From Octopus bimaculoides (taxonomy: Eukaryota), in the NCBI RefSeq assembly GCF_001194135.2, contig NC_068989.1:36766586-36820760 (forward strand): a stretch of DNA of 54,175 nucleotides, written 5' to 3'. Made by a program: the position numbers and the translations under genes. The notes beneath the pieces were generated by a model. That model did no database searches. It was given only the letters and a program-made list of their open reading frames with translations, and was not told where the DNA came from. Position 1 is the stretch's first letter, and each line of letters begins with the position of its first letter. Positions 1-12,248 of this stretch are shown here, one piece after another.

Positions 1-46
<46 letters not shown>
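1..46. repeat. (TA)n microsatellite
   Basis: Perfect AT dinucleotide run at the window start. Confidence 0.95.
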
Positions 47-48
<2 letters not shown>

Positions 49-284
49 GCATACATACAAACATACATACATGCATATGTGTGTATCTTTGTGTCTGTGT
101 TTGTCTCCCACCACAATTTGACAGCTGATGTTGGTGTATTTATGTTCCATAACCTAGCAGTTTAGCAAACGTGAATGATAACATGAGCACCACAACTTAA
201 TAAATAAGTACTAGGGTTGACTAAAAATTCTTCAAGGCAGGACGGCCACAGTCTAATGACTGAAATAAGTAAAAGATAAAATAT

Positions 285-660
285 ACAGAAAGTAACAGAA
301 AACTGCTTTTTCTGTTATATGTTGAGCTGTTAATTGCAAGCTCATATAACCTGGTAGCTTTATACCAAACTTTTCCGCTAATTGTCTTGGGTGCCTGTGT
401 AGTTGTGAGCAGACACAAACATTCTCTTGGAGCTTCCCAGCTTTGGTCCAGTGGAACATCAAGGATGTGATGGCTAGAGAGAGAGTGGAAGGCAACTACA
501 ATACAGGAGTGGTACTAATTCTCTGCTGAGTAGGTTTGATCTGCAAGAAACATTGTACTTTATCCAAGCACACAACATGCCACACAGTTCAGGAATTGAA
601 CCCATGATCTTAAGACTGTGATCCCAACACTCTAACCACTAGGCCACACAGTCTTACATT
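285..660 (-). mobile_element. tRNA-headed SINE-like element with unidentified body
   Basis: Minus strand reads TGGCCTAGTGG (A box) ... GGTTCAATTCC (B box) at about 650-590, with no tRNA cloverleaf 3' arm. The 3' boundary is uncertain. Confidence 0.45.
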
Positions 661-744
661 TCTGTTATCTAACAGAACAATAAATGTATTGACCACCATC
701 ATAATTTCATTTGATATCTGTTTATCTTGATGAAATATATGTAG

Positions 745-1165
745 GTGTAGGTGTAACTTTGTGGTATGAAGTTAGGTTCAATCTCACTGTGTGGCACTTT
801 GGACAGGTGTCTTATACTACTGTAGCCCTGGGTGAAGCAAAGCCTTGTTTGTGGATTTAATAGACAGAAACTGAAAGAAGCCCACCACGTGTGTGTGTGT
901 GTGTGTGTGTGTGAATGTATTTTACTATGTCCTTGCCTTGACATTGTATGATAGACGTAAACAAATGTCACCATTCATGCAAGCGGTGTCATTCATTTCC
1001 AGTCTTCCGTGAAAACATGCAGTTATAGTGAAATATTGCTTTACTCAGAAATAAGCAAAGGTTGGTGACAAGAAATACATCCAGCCATAGAAAACCTGCC
1101 TCAACAAAATTCTGCCTGACCGATGTGAGTGTGGAACAGTAGGTGTTAAAGTGATGATGATCACT
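745..1165 (+). mobile_element. SINE: tRNA-like head + core + (TG)n linker + RTE-like tail ending (GAT)n
   Basis: Head and core (gcactttggacaggtgtctt...aaactgaaagaagccc) match the SINE at 6061. The tail (ccagccatagaaaacctgcc...gttaaagtgatgatgat) resembles the RTE 3' end. Related copies at about 20090-20340 (+) and 43090-43420 (-). Confidence 0.7.
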
Positions 1166-1229
1166 CTCTCTCTCCTCTTCTTTCCCTCCCTTCTTCTTTC
1201 TCTCCCTCCCTCTGCCACCTTCTCCCTGT

Positions 1230-1267
<38 letters not shown>

Positions 1268-1959
1268 ATCTGGTTGACCCAAGCAGACATTTCTCTATTA
1301 GTTTTATAATTGTGACGTAATGTGTTCACTAGAGCATATGTGACTTGAATTAAGGTTTTGTGGCTGGAATGCCTTGCCTATCTAACACATTCAGTGTGTA
1401 GAATAACAATAATTAATTCATGCAATAAATATATAGTTACTCCTAAATATGTGGAATATCTATGTACTGTAATTTATGCAACCCACGTCATTAGTGCACA
1501 GTAATATAATGATTGTAGCAATTATATAAAGTTTGTGGTTATAGTATTAGCAGTATTTGTTTATGCCTTCTGTTTTCATGTTTTACACATTGTTGTTTTC
1601 CATGAATAAAGAGAGATCATTAATTCAGACTTACGACTAAGGACTTATAGCTTTCCACACTGAACTTGCTATTTCTATTAGTTAAATTTGTAAGTTGAAG
1701 CCATTTTCATGACCAACAAAATTACTGTTGTGGGATTGTAGTCTCTGCCTTTCTCCCNNNNNNNNNNNNNNNNNNNNNNNNNNNNNNNNNNNNNNNNNNN
1801 NNNNNNNNNNNNNCCCCACTTTCTCTCCCGTATAAGTATGTATGCTTGCTTGCTTGAATTTCTCAGCAATGGATGGAGAAAGAGCCAGTTTCTCACCAAG
1901 AAACAAAGCTCTTTCATTGGAATTTAGACAGCATCAACAGAGTAGTCTTGTGTGTATGT

Positions 1960-1963
1960 ATGA

Positions 1964-1999
<36 letters not shown>

Positions 2000-2335
2000 A
2001 TGCATGTGTGTATCTGTGTGTTTGTATATCTGTTTATCTCTCTCTATATCTATATCTATCTGCCTGTCTGTCTCTCTGTGTCTGTCTATCTCTATCTCTC
2101 ACTCTCTCTATATATCTATCTGACCTGTCTGTCTGTCTCTCTGTTTCTTTCTCTCTCTATCTATCTTTCTATATCTCTATTTTTCTCATTCTCTATTTCA
2201 CTCTCTCCCCCTCTATCTCACTCTCTACCTGTGTATATCTCTATTTATTTATTTATCTATCTATCTCTCCATCTATCTGTTTATCTTTCTCTCTCTCTCA
2301 TTCACTCTGTCTGTCTGTCTCTGTCTCTCTATCAA
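1960..2335. repeat. (TG)n followed by a long CT/CTAT pyrimidine-rich simple repeat
   Basis: Seen directly; it explains the spurious ORFs at 1842-2415. Confidence 0.9.
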
Positions 2336-2720
2336 TGCTTAACAAGTACACTTCACAACTAGAAGGTACCAGGTTTCATTTCACTCTGTCACATGTTGGG
2401 CAAATGTTATTCTAAAGCTTGCTGAATACAACTGAAACATTAAATTAGAACAGCCATGTATTTCAGAATGGCCACCATGATAGTCACCAATGAAGAAAAT
2501 GATGTTGCTCATATCTACACAATTAAATATATACAATTAAATTGTAGTTCTTCATAAATGTTCATATTTAAGGTTCATGAAACTCCTGATTTTTTTTTTT
2601 TTCTAATTCAGTTTTATAAATTGATATTTTATATATGGTACAGTTGCTGTAAATATATGAAACGAGGAAGAGAGAGGGTGGGGAGATTACTAAATCTTTC
2701 CACTTGTTCTCTTTATTTAG

Positions 2721-2800
2721 GCGAGGCAGCTTCGATCATCCGAACGACAGCTTAGAATACGAGTGAAGTCATTGACAAATGAACTAGCTGTTTATAAGAG
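2721..2800 (+). CDS. CCDC61: CCDC61 internal exon (ARQLRSSERQLRIRVKSLTNELAVYK)
   Basis: ttctctttatttag acceptor and gtactt donor, phase 0 to 2. The peptide matches the recalled human CCDC61 segment KASERSLRARLKTLTSELALYKRG. Confidence 0.9.
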
Positions 2801-3419
2801 GTACTTTAATGTTAGTTTACTGCTGTTTCTTAACTCTTAATATCCTGTCACATGTTGGGCAAATGTCATTCTAAAGCTTGCTGAATACAATTGAAACATT
2901 TTCTAAGTCAAAAGCTCAGTTCTGTAATGACTGAACAGAAAATATTTAAAAATAGGTTTGTTTATTCAAATGTTTATAATGTCAGATTATTGTGAAAATT
3001 GGAATTATCACAGGAGAGACTTAGTATTTTTTGTTAACAATCATTTAGGTTTGGTGAAGTGGAAGAGGATATTTAAAAGGAAATTTATCTTGTGTATGTA
3101 GTTTTTAGTTGGATGCAAAATAGACAGCATATGTGGAGACTTTTTATTTACTTTTCAGCTTTGATGGTACTTTAAAAAGTACCCCAACAGAAAAAGAGAA
3201 TTCAGCAAAGTTGGTAGAGATCCTTTTAGCAAGAGACCAGAAGGAATAGCTACAATTTGGGAAACGGGAGAGATTGTGGGTTGTATAATGAATGGAGAAG
3301 TTCCTTGCATTTTGAATGATGGTTTTGCAGGAATTGTGGAGCTAAGTAAAAGCTCTTGAATTTGTAGGAGGGGTGGGTGGGTTCTTTCAGCATTTTAGTG
3401 CATATCCTTTACTTGAACT

Positions 3420-3984
3420 GCTGCAGCTCAGTCACAAGTCAACCATGTTAGGGACTTGGGCCTGTAAGTTGTGGTTGTGTATGGAAAATAGAGGATCTTG
3501 CTCTAGAAGATGATTTCACATACATGCTTAGCTGTCTCTGATGGATCAACAGTGAGGCGTATCCTAGGATAGTTAACTTAAAACTGGCAGAAGTACAACC
3601 AGTCAGCTGACTTGAATGAAACAGGGGCCAATATGTGTGTGGTGGTGGGGAATTTGTGAGGTATGTGAGTGTGTGGTGGGTAATCCTGATAAGGCAGTGG
3701 TTGGACATCCAATTCTTGCAGAGATTGTATGGTTTGGTAGCAGTTAGGTTTGGAGGTTAGGAAAGCAATCTTGTGTCTATATGTTGTGTGTGCCAGTCAG
3801 TGAAGGGTGTAGGAAACAAGGTTTGTTAATGTAAAGAGGTCTTGGGTGTTTGTGTGTTCGTCAGTGATGTGTGTAGGGGATGAAATGAGGTTGATGTATA
3901 GAATTAATGTGTTAGTGAAAGTTTCAGTTTCTGCAGTATAGCAATATAAGCTGTGAGCATTGAAGTCATGGAAGTTGATGAGTT

Positions 3985-4021
<37 letters not shown>

Positions 4022-4700
4022 GAAGTGAAGTGAGAAAGGCTTCCTCAGTGTAGGAAGTGGCATGGTTGTAGAATTATTAGTAGTTAGAGAAATCATCATC
4101 ATCATCATCGTTTAATGTCCACTTTCCATGCTAGCATGGGTTGGACGATTTGACTGAGGACTGGTAAAACCAGATGGCTACACCAGTCTCCAATCTGATT
4201 TGGCAGAGTTTCTACAGCTGGATGCCCTTCCTAACGCCAACCACTCAGAGAGTGTAGTGGGTGCTTTTACGTGCCACCGGCATGAAGGCCAGTCAGGCGG
4301 TACTGGCAACGGCCATTCTCAAAATGGTGTATTTTATGTGCCACCCGCACAAGAGCCAGTCCAGAAATCTAGAGTGCAAATGAGGAAGCAGATTTATTTA
4401 GATGAAGAGAGACCTTGAACCAGAGTAAATGGAAGTCTTTACAGTTGATATCCAAGTGAGAGAGCCATGTGATAGGTGAGTGAAATCTATATATTCACTG
4501 ACTCAATCTTTTAGAGTGAAATTTGAATACAGTATGTCGCCTGGAGACCAGACACAGAGTATGGATAAGGGTTGAAAAACTGTGCCTTGGAGAAGAATCA
4601 AACATATGGTTTACAAGTTAGTAAGGGGTTATGTGATAGTGAAAGGGTTCAAGTACTTTTGGAATTTATGACTGTTAGAAGAGTGGAAGGAAAATGACTA
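3420..4700 (-). mobile_element. Degenerate LINE apurinic endonuclease (APE) region, interrupted by (GA)n and an RTE tail
   Basis: Minus-strand peptide HDFNAH...SSPTH...QDLFTLT (ORF 3797-4108) fits the APE motifs GDFNAH / PTH / LDL. Boundaries approximate. Confidence 0.5.
4092..4363 (-). mobile_element. RTE-LINE 3' end (young copy) with (CAT)n tail
   Basis: Near-identical to the reverse complement of the RTE 3' UTR at 10980-11259. Confidence 0.85.
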
Positions 4701-5089
4701 AGTCTGGTTAGTTTTAGCTTTAGGTATCTAGTAATGTGTAACAGGTGTTAATGTCCTGTGAGGCCAGGATGACTCACTACTGGGAGCCTGGTTTGGATGC
4801 TCGTAAAGGTACCTATCCATGTGAGGAGTTTTAAATTGGGTGGTTAGATGTGGCTACCACTCCAAAAGTTAATAAAGTGGAGTGGCTGTCAATGCTCTAT
4901 ATAACAACATTACATTAGACAAATGATGAGTTTGTGTGTAAACATACACAGATACATGCATACACATAACATCCATATGTATGTGTGTGTTTGTGTGTGC
5001 ATACATACATACATACATACATATATCTTTATATATATATATATGTGTGTGTACACACTCACATACATACACACTGTCTTCTCTTTTAG

Positions 5090-5370
5090 AAATCGAAGTA
5101 ATTCTGCACGCAATTCCCGATTTGAACAGTCTTCCTCTTGTGAAAGTCTCAACTGTATAACTCTACGGAATCGGTCTTCTTCTCGAGAGCGAAGTAGTTC
5201 GCGTGAGCGTCCAACACTACGTAGAAAACAATCTAATTCCAGAGAAAGGAAATGTTCCAGAGATGCAGTTTACTCTTGTAGCCATGACAACAATATGAAT
5301 TCTTCCAGAAACAGCGCAAATTCTACTGGATCTCAAAAGAATTACAGAAGTCGTACTCCTTCACCATACA
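5090..5370 (+). CDS. CCDC61: CCDC61 Ser/Arg-rich internal exon (RNRSNSARNSRF...RSRTPSPY)
   Basis: ctcttttag acceptor and gtgagt donor; phase 2 to 1 fits both neighbours. SSRERSSSRER resembles human SSSRERSASR. Confidence 0.9.
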
Positions 5371-6060
5371 GTGAGTTTTGAATTTGAAACACTTCTTTGC
5401 TTTGATCCAATTGGCTGAGTTGGTAAAGTATCAGCCAATCAACCACAACGATTTGTATCCAGTTTACTTGTCACATTGCACCTTTTGCATATAGAGACAC
5501 TTAATCGTTTTACTGCTGTAATTCTGTTTAAATATCTTGTCTTTGTTTGAACAAATTTTGTAACTAATAAAAAAAAACATAGTAAAATAATTTTGCCATT
5601 ATTAAGCTGGTGTTTGGAACATAAATTAACATGAAATATTAATGGATTGTTTTTAATTTAAATGACTTAAAGACAGAAAATTTATATCATAGCCCCAGGG
5701 ATGATCTCAGGCAAGTTGTTATCAAAAGGGTTGAGTCTGAATATCTCAGTCCATGTGGGAAAAATAGATTCCATAGGGATATTCAGTTCATTTCTATCAG
5801 TAGTACACTGGTGGTATTGGGGAGGGGAGAGTCATGTGAAGATTATTGGTGTAGACCCTTCTTTACAAACAAATAAAGAAAAAAACATATTTAAAGAAAT
5901 AGGGTGTCTGTGTCAGTAGCAGGTGCTATAGTCGCTTGGTGTTCAGAATTGAAATCTCTCCTCTTTTGTCATTTTGAATGGAAATACCTGCCTTGACTAT
6001 GTTACATAGTGACCAAATTCACACAGTATCTTTCCCCAAAACATATCTGTAACTACATAT

Positions 6061-6398
6061 CTTTGTGGTAAGAAGCTTGCTTCCCAACCATATGGTTCCC
6101 AACCTTGGGCAAGTGTCTTCTATTTTGGCCTCAGGCCAACCAAAGCCTTGTGAGTGGATTTGGTTGACAGAAGCCGAAAGAAGCCTGTTGTGTGTGTGTG
6201 TGTGTATATATATATGTGTGTGTGTGTCTGTGTTCNNNNNNNNNNGCCAGAGTTTGACAACCAGTGTTGGTGTGTTTACGTCCCCATAAAGTACCAGGTT
6301 TAAAAAAAGTGAGTACTGAGGTCAATTTGTTTGACTAAAAAATTCCCAAGGTGATGCCTCAGCATGGCCATAGTCTAATGACTGAAACAAGTAATATA
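6061..6398 (+). mobile_element. tRNA-headed SINE, octopus-type (head/core, TG/TA linker, tail ending gactgaaacaagtaa)
   Basis: Same family recurs at 11325-11640(-), 16342-16647(-), 28861-29215(+) and 38348-38855(+); tail-only pieces at about 60-285 and 11895-12050. Confidence 0.8.
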
Positions 6399-6716
6399 TA
6401 TATAGGAATTTGCAGACAAGATTTAATTTGTTTATGAATGCCTGTTTTCAAACTGATGACTGTTCTGGAACAGTTACTGCTGACAATATGAAGCAATGGA
6501 ATTTCAAGCATCAAGAAATTTTTCTTTTGGTATTTTTACACACCCTTGTTCAACTCATTGACTGTTGCTGGTTTTGTACCATAAACTTTACCTTGTAAGT
6601 ATTTCCATAAAAAAACAAACTAGTGGTGTAATGTTATGTGTGTTTATAATGTGCAAGGCTTATTGGTGAAAGGGGACTTGAGACAAGTTTTCAAATCCTC
6701 TTATATATAATGTGTA

Positions 6717-7423
6717 CCGTAAATCCTCGAGTATAATCCGCATTTTTTTCCCCAAATTTAAAGGTCAAAATCCCTAGTGTGTACTATATACAAGGTTAAA
6801 AATGAAAAATATTTTCTAAGCAATGTCCGAGTCTCTATTTGCTGTCCGGCAATGTTTATTCAGACGCATTTTGTGATGTCGGGCACGAAAATACCTGAAG
6901 CTAAGCCTGAAAGTAATGAAGTCATAAAAGAATCATCCATAACTTGCAGTAAGCAACATTTATTAAAATAAAAGTATTCAGAACACAGAATAACATGTAA
7001 CAAAAACAATTTGCAAACATATTTACATTCCCATATAACAGTTAAGAACATCACCATTATTGTATTACGCATGCGCGGAAGTGTTTGTTTATGGAGGAAC
7101 AAATGGAACAGTTATTTGATGCTGAAAGTGACGTTGAATTTGAAGGATTTGAATAAATGTTTTTGCTTTTGCTTTTGTAACTGATAGTGATAAATATGTG
7201 AAAGGCAATTTACTTAATATTTATTTTTCACTGACGTTATTACTGTTATTTCTTTATTTTCTGCAAACAAAGTGCACAAAAAAGCTACATGTTTGCATTA
7301 TGTTATATATACAATAATAATAAAGGATGTTACTGTATATATGTTTACAAACGAAGGATGTTATATAGACCTCCTTGACTCAAATTAGAGAAGGGGGTGC
7401 ATATTATACTCAAGGATTTATGT
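6717..7423. mobile_element. Non-autonomous pogo/Tigger-like DNA transposon (MITE)
   Basis: TA|CCGTAAATCCTCGAGTATAATCCGCA ... TGCATATTATACTCAAGGATTTATGT|TA imperfect TIRs with TA flanks; no transposase. Confidence 0.75.
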
Positions 7424-7433
7424 TATGTGTGCT

Positions 7434-7474
<41 letters not shown>

Positions 7475-7917
7475 TCATCATCATCATCATTTAACATATG
7501 TTTCCATTTGGGTATGAATTGGATGGTCTGACAGGAGCTGGGAAGTCAGAGAGTTGCACCAGATGCCTATTGTCTGTTTTATCATGGTTTCTACAGCTGG
7601 ATGCCTTTCCTAAAACCAACCACTTTACAGAGTGTACTGGATGCTTTTTATGCGACATTAGCACAGATGCTCTTTTTCGTGACACCAGTGCTGGTGCTTT
7701 TTTTCATGATACAGGCATAGGCTGCTTTTTACATGGTATCAGCACCAGTAGGGTCGCCAAGTATCTTGCAAGATAGACTTCACTCTGCTGAGAGAAGGAG
7801 TGGAACTGAGGGAAGTGGGTGTGTACCAGGTAAGTGGTTAGAGTTTAATAGAATAACAGAGATAGTTGTCTCACTTTGAGGAGATATATGTATATAGTTT
7901 TCATTTCTTTTTTCTAG

Positions 7918-7993
7918 CAACATTCCGCAGGTTTGATCCAACAGCTTATATTAAAGAACAAGAAAGGAAAAAAGAAGAAATTCAAAGACGAAA
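7918..7993 (+). CDS. CCDC61: CCDC61 exon with the conserved RFDPTAY motif (TTFRRFDPTAYIKEQERKKEEIQRR)
   Basis: ttcttttttctag acceptor and gtaagt donor, phase 1 to 2. Matches human RFDPTAFVKAKERKQREIQ. Confidence 0.93.
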
Positions 7994-9124
7994 GTAAGTA
8001 TTACTTCTACTTATTATTTCCATTAATAATGAAAGTGCATTTGGTTTTAATGTATTAAGATAGCCTAATAATCTTGTAAATATTTTACTATTACAATGGA
8101 AAATGCAGACACATGGAGGCTAATAATCTTAAGTTATTTCTCTTGGAAAAGTACAGGACAAGCATATTTATACTTAAAATATTGCAGCTATAGTTAAAAT
8201 TTAAATAGATATTTAGATTTAAAAGCTAAAAATAATAGCTTTTATTAGCTACTCTATAATTAAAAAATTAATTCAAATAATAAATTTAAGGCTAACTGTC
8301 AGCAAAAAATAAAAACATTTTCAATAGCCCCATTAAAAATGTTTTTTCAATTACAAGTTTTTAAGAACTACAAAAAGTTCTTAAGTAGTATTCAATTGAG
8401 ATTCCATTTTTGCTCATCTTTTTGATAAAACTTGGTACACAATAATTCATTGATAAAAACACCACAAGTCTGGTCCTCTGGTAATTAAAAAAAAAGGCAA
8501 GTTCAATTGACACCTTTATGATAGGGTTGTGGCTTATTGGAGGGTACAGTGATATTTTCTNNNNNNNNNNNNNNNNNNNNNNNNNNNNNNNNNNNNNNNN
8601 NNNNNNNNNNNNNNNNNNNNNNNNNNNNNNNNNNNNNNNNNNNNNNNNNNNNNNNNNNNNNNNNNNNNNNNNNNNNNNNNNNNNNNNNNNNNNNNNNNNN
8701 NNNNNNNNNNNNNNNNNNNNNNNNNNNNNNNNNNNNNNNNNNNNNNNNNNNNNNNNNNNNNNNNNNNNNNNNNNNNNNNNNNNNNNNNNNNNNNNNNNNN
8801 NNNNNNNNNNNNNNNNNNNNNNNNNNNNNNNNNNNNNNNNNNNNNNNNNNNNNNNNNNNNNNNNNNNNNNNNNNNNNNNNNNNNNNNNNNNNNNNNNNNN
8901 NNNNNNNNNNNNNNNNNNNNNNNNNNNNNNNNNNNNNNNNNNNNNNNNNNNNNNNNNNNNNNNNNNNNNNNNNNNNNNNNNNNNNNNNNNNNNAGAGCAC
9001 TTTACACTGGCTCATGATAAAATCAAAAATTCAGAGAAAAAGAAAAAGAGAGAAATCTTACAGTGATGCAAGGGAGGCAAATGTGTATATTTTATATATT
9101 GTAATAGTTTATATATATATATAA

Positions 9125-9290
9125 CTACGCTCTCTAAGTGGTTGGCGTTAGGAAGGGCATCCAGCTGTAGAAACTCTGCCAAATCAGATTGGAGCCTGGT
9201 GTAGCCATCTAGTTTCACCAGTCCTCAGTCAAATCGTCCAACCCATGCTAGCATGGAAAGCGGACGTTAAACGATGATGATGATGATGAT
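9125..9290 (+). mobile_element. 5'-truncated RTE-LINE 3' end (young copy)
   Basis: Near-identical to 11095-11259; ends in (GAT)n. Confidence 0.85.
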
Positions 9291-10019
9291 ATATATATAT
9301 ATATATATAGTTTATATAACCCTTTCTACTATAGACACAAACCTTGCATCACTTTTTTTGTCACTTTTTTGCCTCATACCTTTTTTCTCTGAAATTCTAT
9401 TTAATAAAATTAGCATTTTTAGATTCCTCTCACTTTGATTTATCATTTGAGATTAAATAGAATATATATAGTTTTTAAATTAAGAAAGTTTTTTTGAAAG
9501 CGTTACTTTTTTTCGGCACTTTTGGCTTCACAACTTCTTTATATTAAAGATTCTTTTGATAAAATTGACATTTTTAGATTCCTCTCGTTTCAAGAAAGTT
9601 ACTTTCAAATTCGATTTTTCACCTTACTCTCCATTTTTGAACCTCACATATTTTAACGTAACTTTTTTTCTACTGAACCAAATTTCAATATTTTCATGCC
9701 AAAATGTAGCTTGGGAGATGGCTATTATAGAACTGTTAACAGTTCTGGATTTGGTAGCAAAATGAGTTAGTGACAAAGCTTTGAAGAAGCTGCAAGTGAG
9801 TAAATGTTGGCCTTAAGAATACTATTCAGTCTTGGTAGTGGTTGAATGATATTTATCTCATTAATGCTCTTTAGGAAAAACTTGAACATCACACAATCTT
9901 ATTTCCACTTCTTACATATCTAATCACTCACACTTATGTCCAATATAGCTCTCTCTTGATTAAAATCCAATAATTAAAGTGGGAACAAATTGAGGGAATT
10001 GTAACACACTCTCACATAT

Positions 10020-11259
10020 ACAGTTCAGAGAGCTCTTACCTCTGCTGGCGACAAAGGGCTTCTCGCTCAGAGTAAAAGGCAGACTATATGACGCATGTGT
10101 ACGAACAGCAATGCTACATGACAGTAAAACATGGGCTGTGACTGCTAAGGACATGTGTAGGCTCGCAAGGAATGAAGCCAGTATGCTCTGATGGATGTGT
10201 AATGTCAGTGTGCATACTAGACAGAGTGTAAGTACCTCGAGAGAAAAGTTGAACCTAAGAAGCATCAGTTGTGGTGTGCAAGAGAGACAATTGCGCTGGT
10301 ATGGTCATGTGGCGAGAATGGATGAGGATAGCTGTGTGAAAAAGTGCCACACCTTAGCAGTTGAGGGAACCTGTGGAAGAGGTAGGCCCAGGAAGACCTG
10401 GGATGAGGTGGTGAGGCACGACCTTCGAACATTGGGCCTCACTGAGGCGATGACTTCTGATCGAGACCTTTGGAAATNNNNNNNNNNNNNNNNNNNNNNN
10501 NNNNNNNNNNNNNNNNNNNNNNNNNNNNNNNNNNNNNNNNNNNNNNNNNNNNNNNNNNNNNNNNNNNNNNNNNNNNNNNNNNNNNNNNNNNNNNNNNNNN
10601 NNNNNNNNNNNNNNNNNNNNNNNNNNNNNNNNNNNNNNNNNNNNNNNNNNNNNNNNNNNNNNNNNNNNNNNNNNNNNNNNNNNNNNNNNNNNNNNNNNNN
10701 NNNNNNNNNNNNNNNNNNNNNNNNNNNNNNNNNNNNNNNNNNNNNNNNNNNNNNNNNNNNNNNNNNNNNNNNNNNNNNNNNNNNNNNNNNNNNNNNNNNN
10801 NNNNNNNNNNNNNNNNNNNNNNNNNNNNNNNNNNNNNNNNNNNNNNNNNNNNNNNNNNNNNNNNNNNNNNNNNNNNNNNNNNNNNNNNNNNNNNNNNNNN
10901 NNNNNNNNNNNGCCCAGCATTGCCTCTCTGGCACTTGTGCCGGTGACACGTGTAAAGATATTCGAGTGAGATTGTTACCAGTGCCGCTGGACTGGCTCCT
11001 GTGCAGGTGGCACGTAAAATACACCATTTTGAGCGTGGCCGTTGCCAGTACTGCTTGACTGGCCTTCGTGCTGGTGGCACGTAAAAGCACTCACTACACT
11101 CTCGGAGTGGTTGGCGTTAGGAAGGGCATCCAGCTGTAGAAACTCTGCCAAATCAGATTGGAGCCTTGTGTAGCCATCTGGTTCACCAGTCCTCAGTCAA
11201 ATCGTCCAACCCATGCTAGCATGGAAAGCGGATGTTAAAACAATGATGATGATGATGAT
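10020..11259 (+). mobile_element. 5'-truncated RTE-clade LINE (C-terminus of ORF2, 3' UTR, (GAT)n tail), spanning an assembly gap
   Basis: Peptide FRELLPLL...KGRLYDACVRTAMLH...RQLRWYGHVARM...GRGRPRKTWDEVV is the RTE C-terminal signature. One in-frame stop, so the copy is defective. Confidence 0.88.
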
Positions 11260-11324
11260 TCATTTACACATAGACACATTCACTCACAGCTACTCTCATA
11301 TACATATGTATTTATATATTCTTT

Positions 11325-11536
11325 TACTTGTTTTAGTTATTTGATTGTGGCCATGCTGGAGCATCGCCTTTAGTCAAACAAATTGATCCCAGGACTTAGT
11401 CTTTGTAAGCTTAGTACTTTTTCTATCAGTCTCTTTTACTGACCCACTAAGTTATGGGGACGTAAATACACCAGCATTGGTTATCAAGTGACGGTGGGGG
11501 GACAAACACAGGCACACAAACATACAGACACACATA

Positions 11537-11572
<36 letters not shown>

Positions 11573-11580
11573 TATGTGTG

Positions 11581-11627
<47 letters not shown>

Positions 11628-11640
11628 CGGGCTTCTTTCC
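11325..11640 (-). mobile_element. tRNA-headed SINE (3' half), same family as 6061
   Basis: Reverse complement of the linker and tail of the 6061 family. Confidence 0.75.
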
Positions 11641-12171
11641 CCAAGACACATGATGAAGGCTGGAGGGTATATCAGCTGAAGCGTTGTGTTAAGATGAGGA
11701 CAAATATCCATCAAATGTAAATAATGTGAATAATAATAATAATAAGACCTGTATTTGTTTTGATATTAAAATTGAAAAAAATTGACCTTATTTGTAAAAC
11801 AATTTGGGCCTGAGCTTGCACTCTCTAAGCAAATTTTGTTCCTGGATTTACAGCTTCCAGTGTGTACATTCAGAGTGTGTGTCTAGAGTGTTAGTTTGTT
11901 TATATCCCTGTAACTTAGCAGTTTAACAAAAAGAGACTGATAGAATAAGTACCAGGTTTAAAAAAATATAAGTACTGAAGTCAATTCATTTGACTTCAAG
12001 GTGGTGTCCCAGCATGGCCACAGTCTAATGACTGAAACAGATAAAATATAAAATACACACACACATATTAAAGATGAAGTTAATGGTCCACCAAATTTAT
12101 AAAGATTATTAATAACTTGTCTCACTCCTTTAGAAATATATTATTTGTTTTTTTTAAACTTATATTTTAAG

Positions 12172-12248
12172 CAACTGGCGCAAAAAATCTGGGAAAAGCA
12201 ATAACAATTCGCAGCCATTTGGGAAACTATATAATTCTCAGAGAAAAG
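12172..12248 (+). CDS. CCDC61: Probable CCDC61 exon (NWRKKSGKSNNNSQPFGKLYNSQRK)
   Basis: tatattttaag acceptor and AAG|gtattt donor; phase 2 to 1 continues the frame. No sequence similarity recognised. Confidence 0.7.

Noticed and set aside
1868-1942. Possible upstream CCDC61 exon (QWMEKEPVSHQETK...)
   Set aside because: Has ag/gt ends and phase 0, but a weak donor (gtagtc) and no convincing similarity to the expected CCDC61 coiled coil.
1842-2415. Long ORFs (93-180 aa) in several frames
   Set aside because: They are translations of TG/CT/TA microsatellites. The same applies to the CVCV/YIYI/THTH ORFs and the X-filled gap-spanning ORFs throughout the track.
9330-9700. Very AT-rich segment considered as a NUMT
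   Set aside because: No mitochondrial gene, rRNA or tRNA motif was recognisable; it is better explained as a short diverged repeat.
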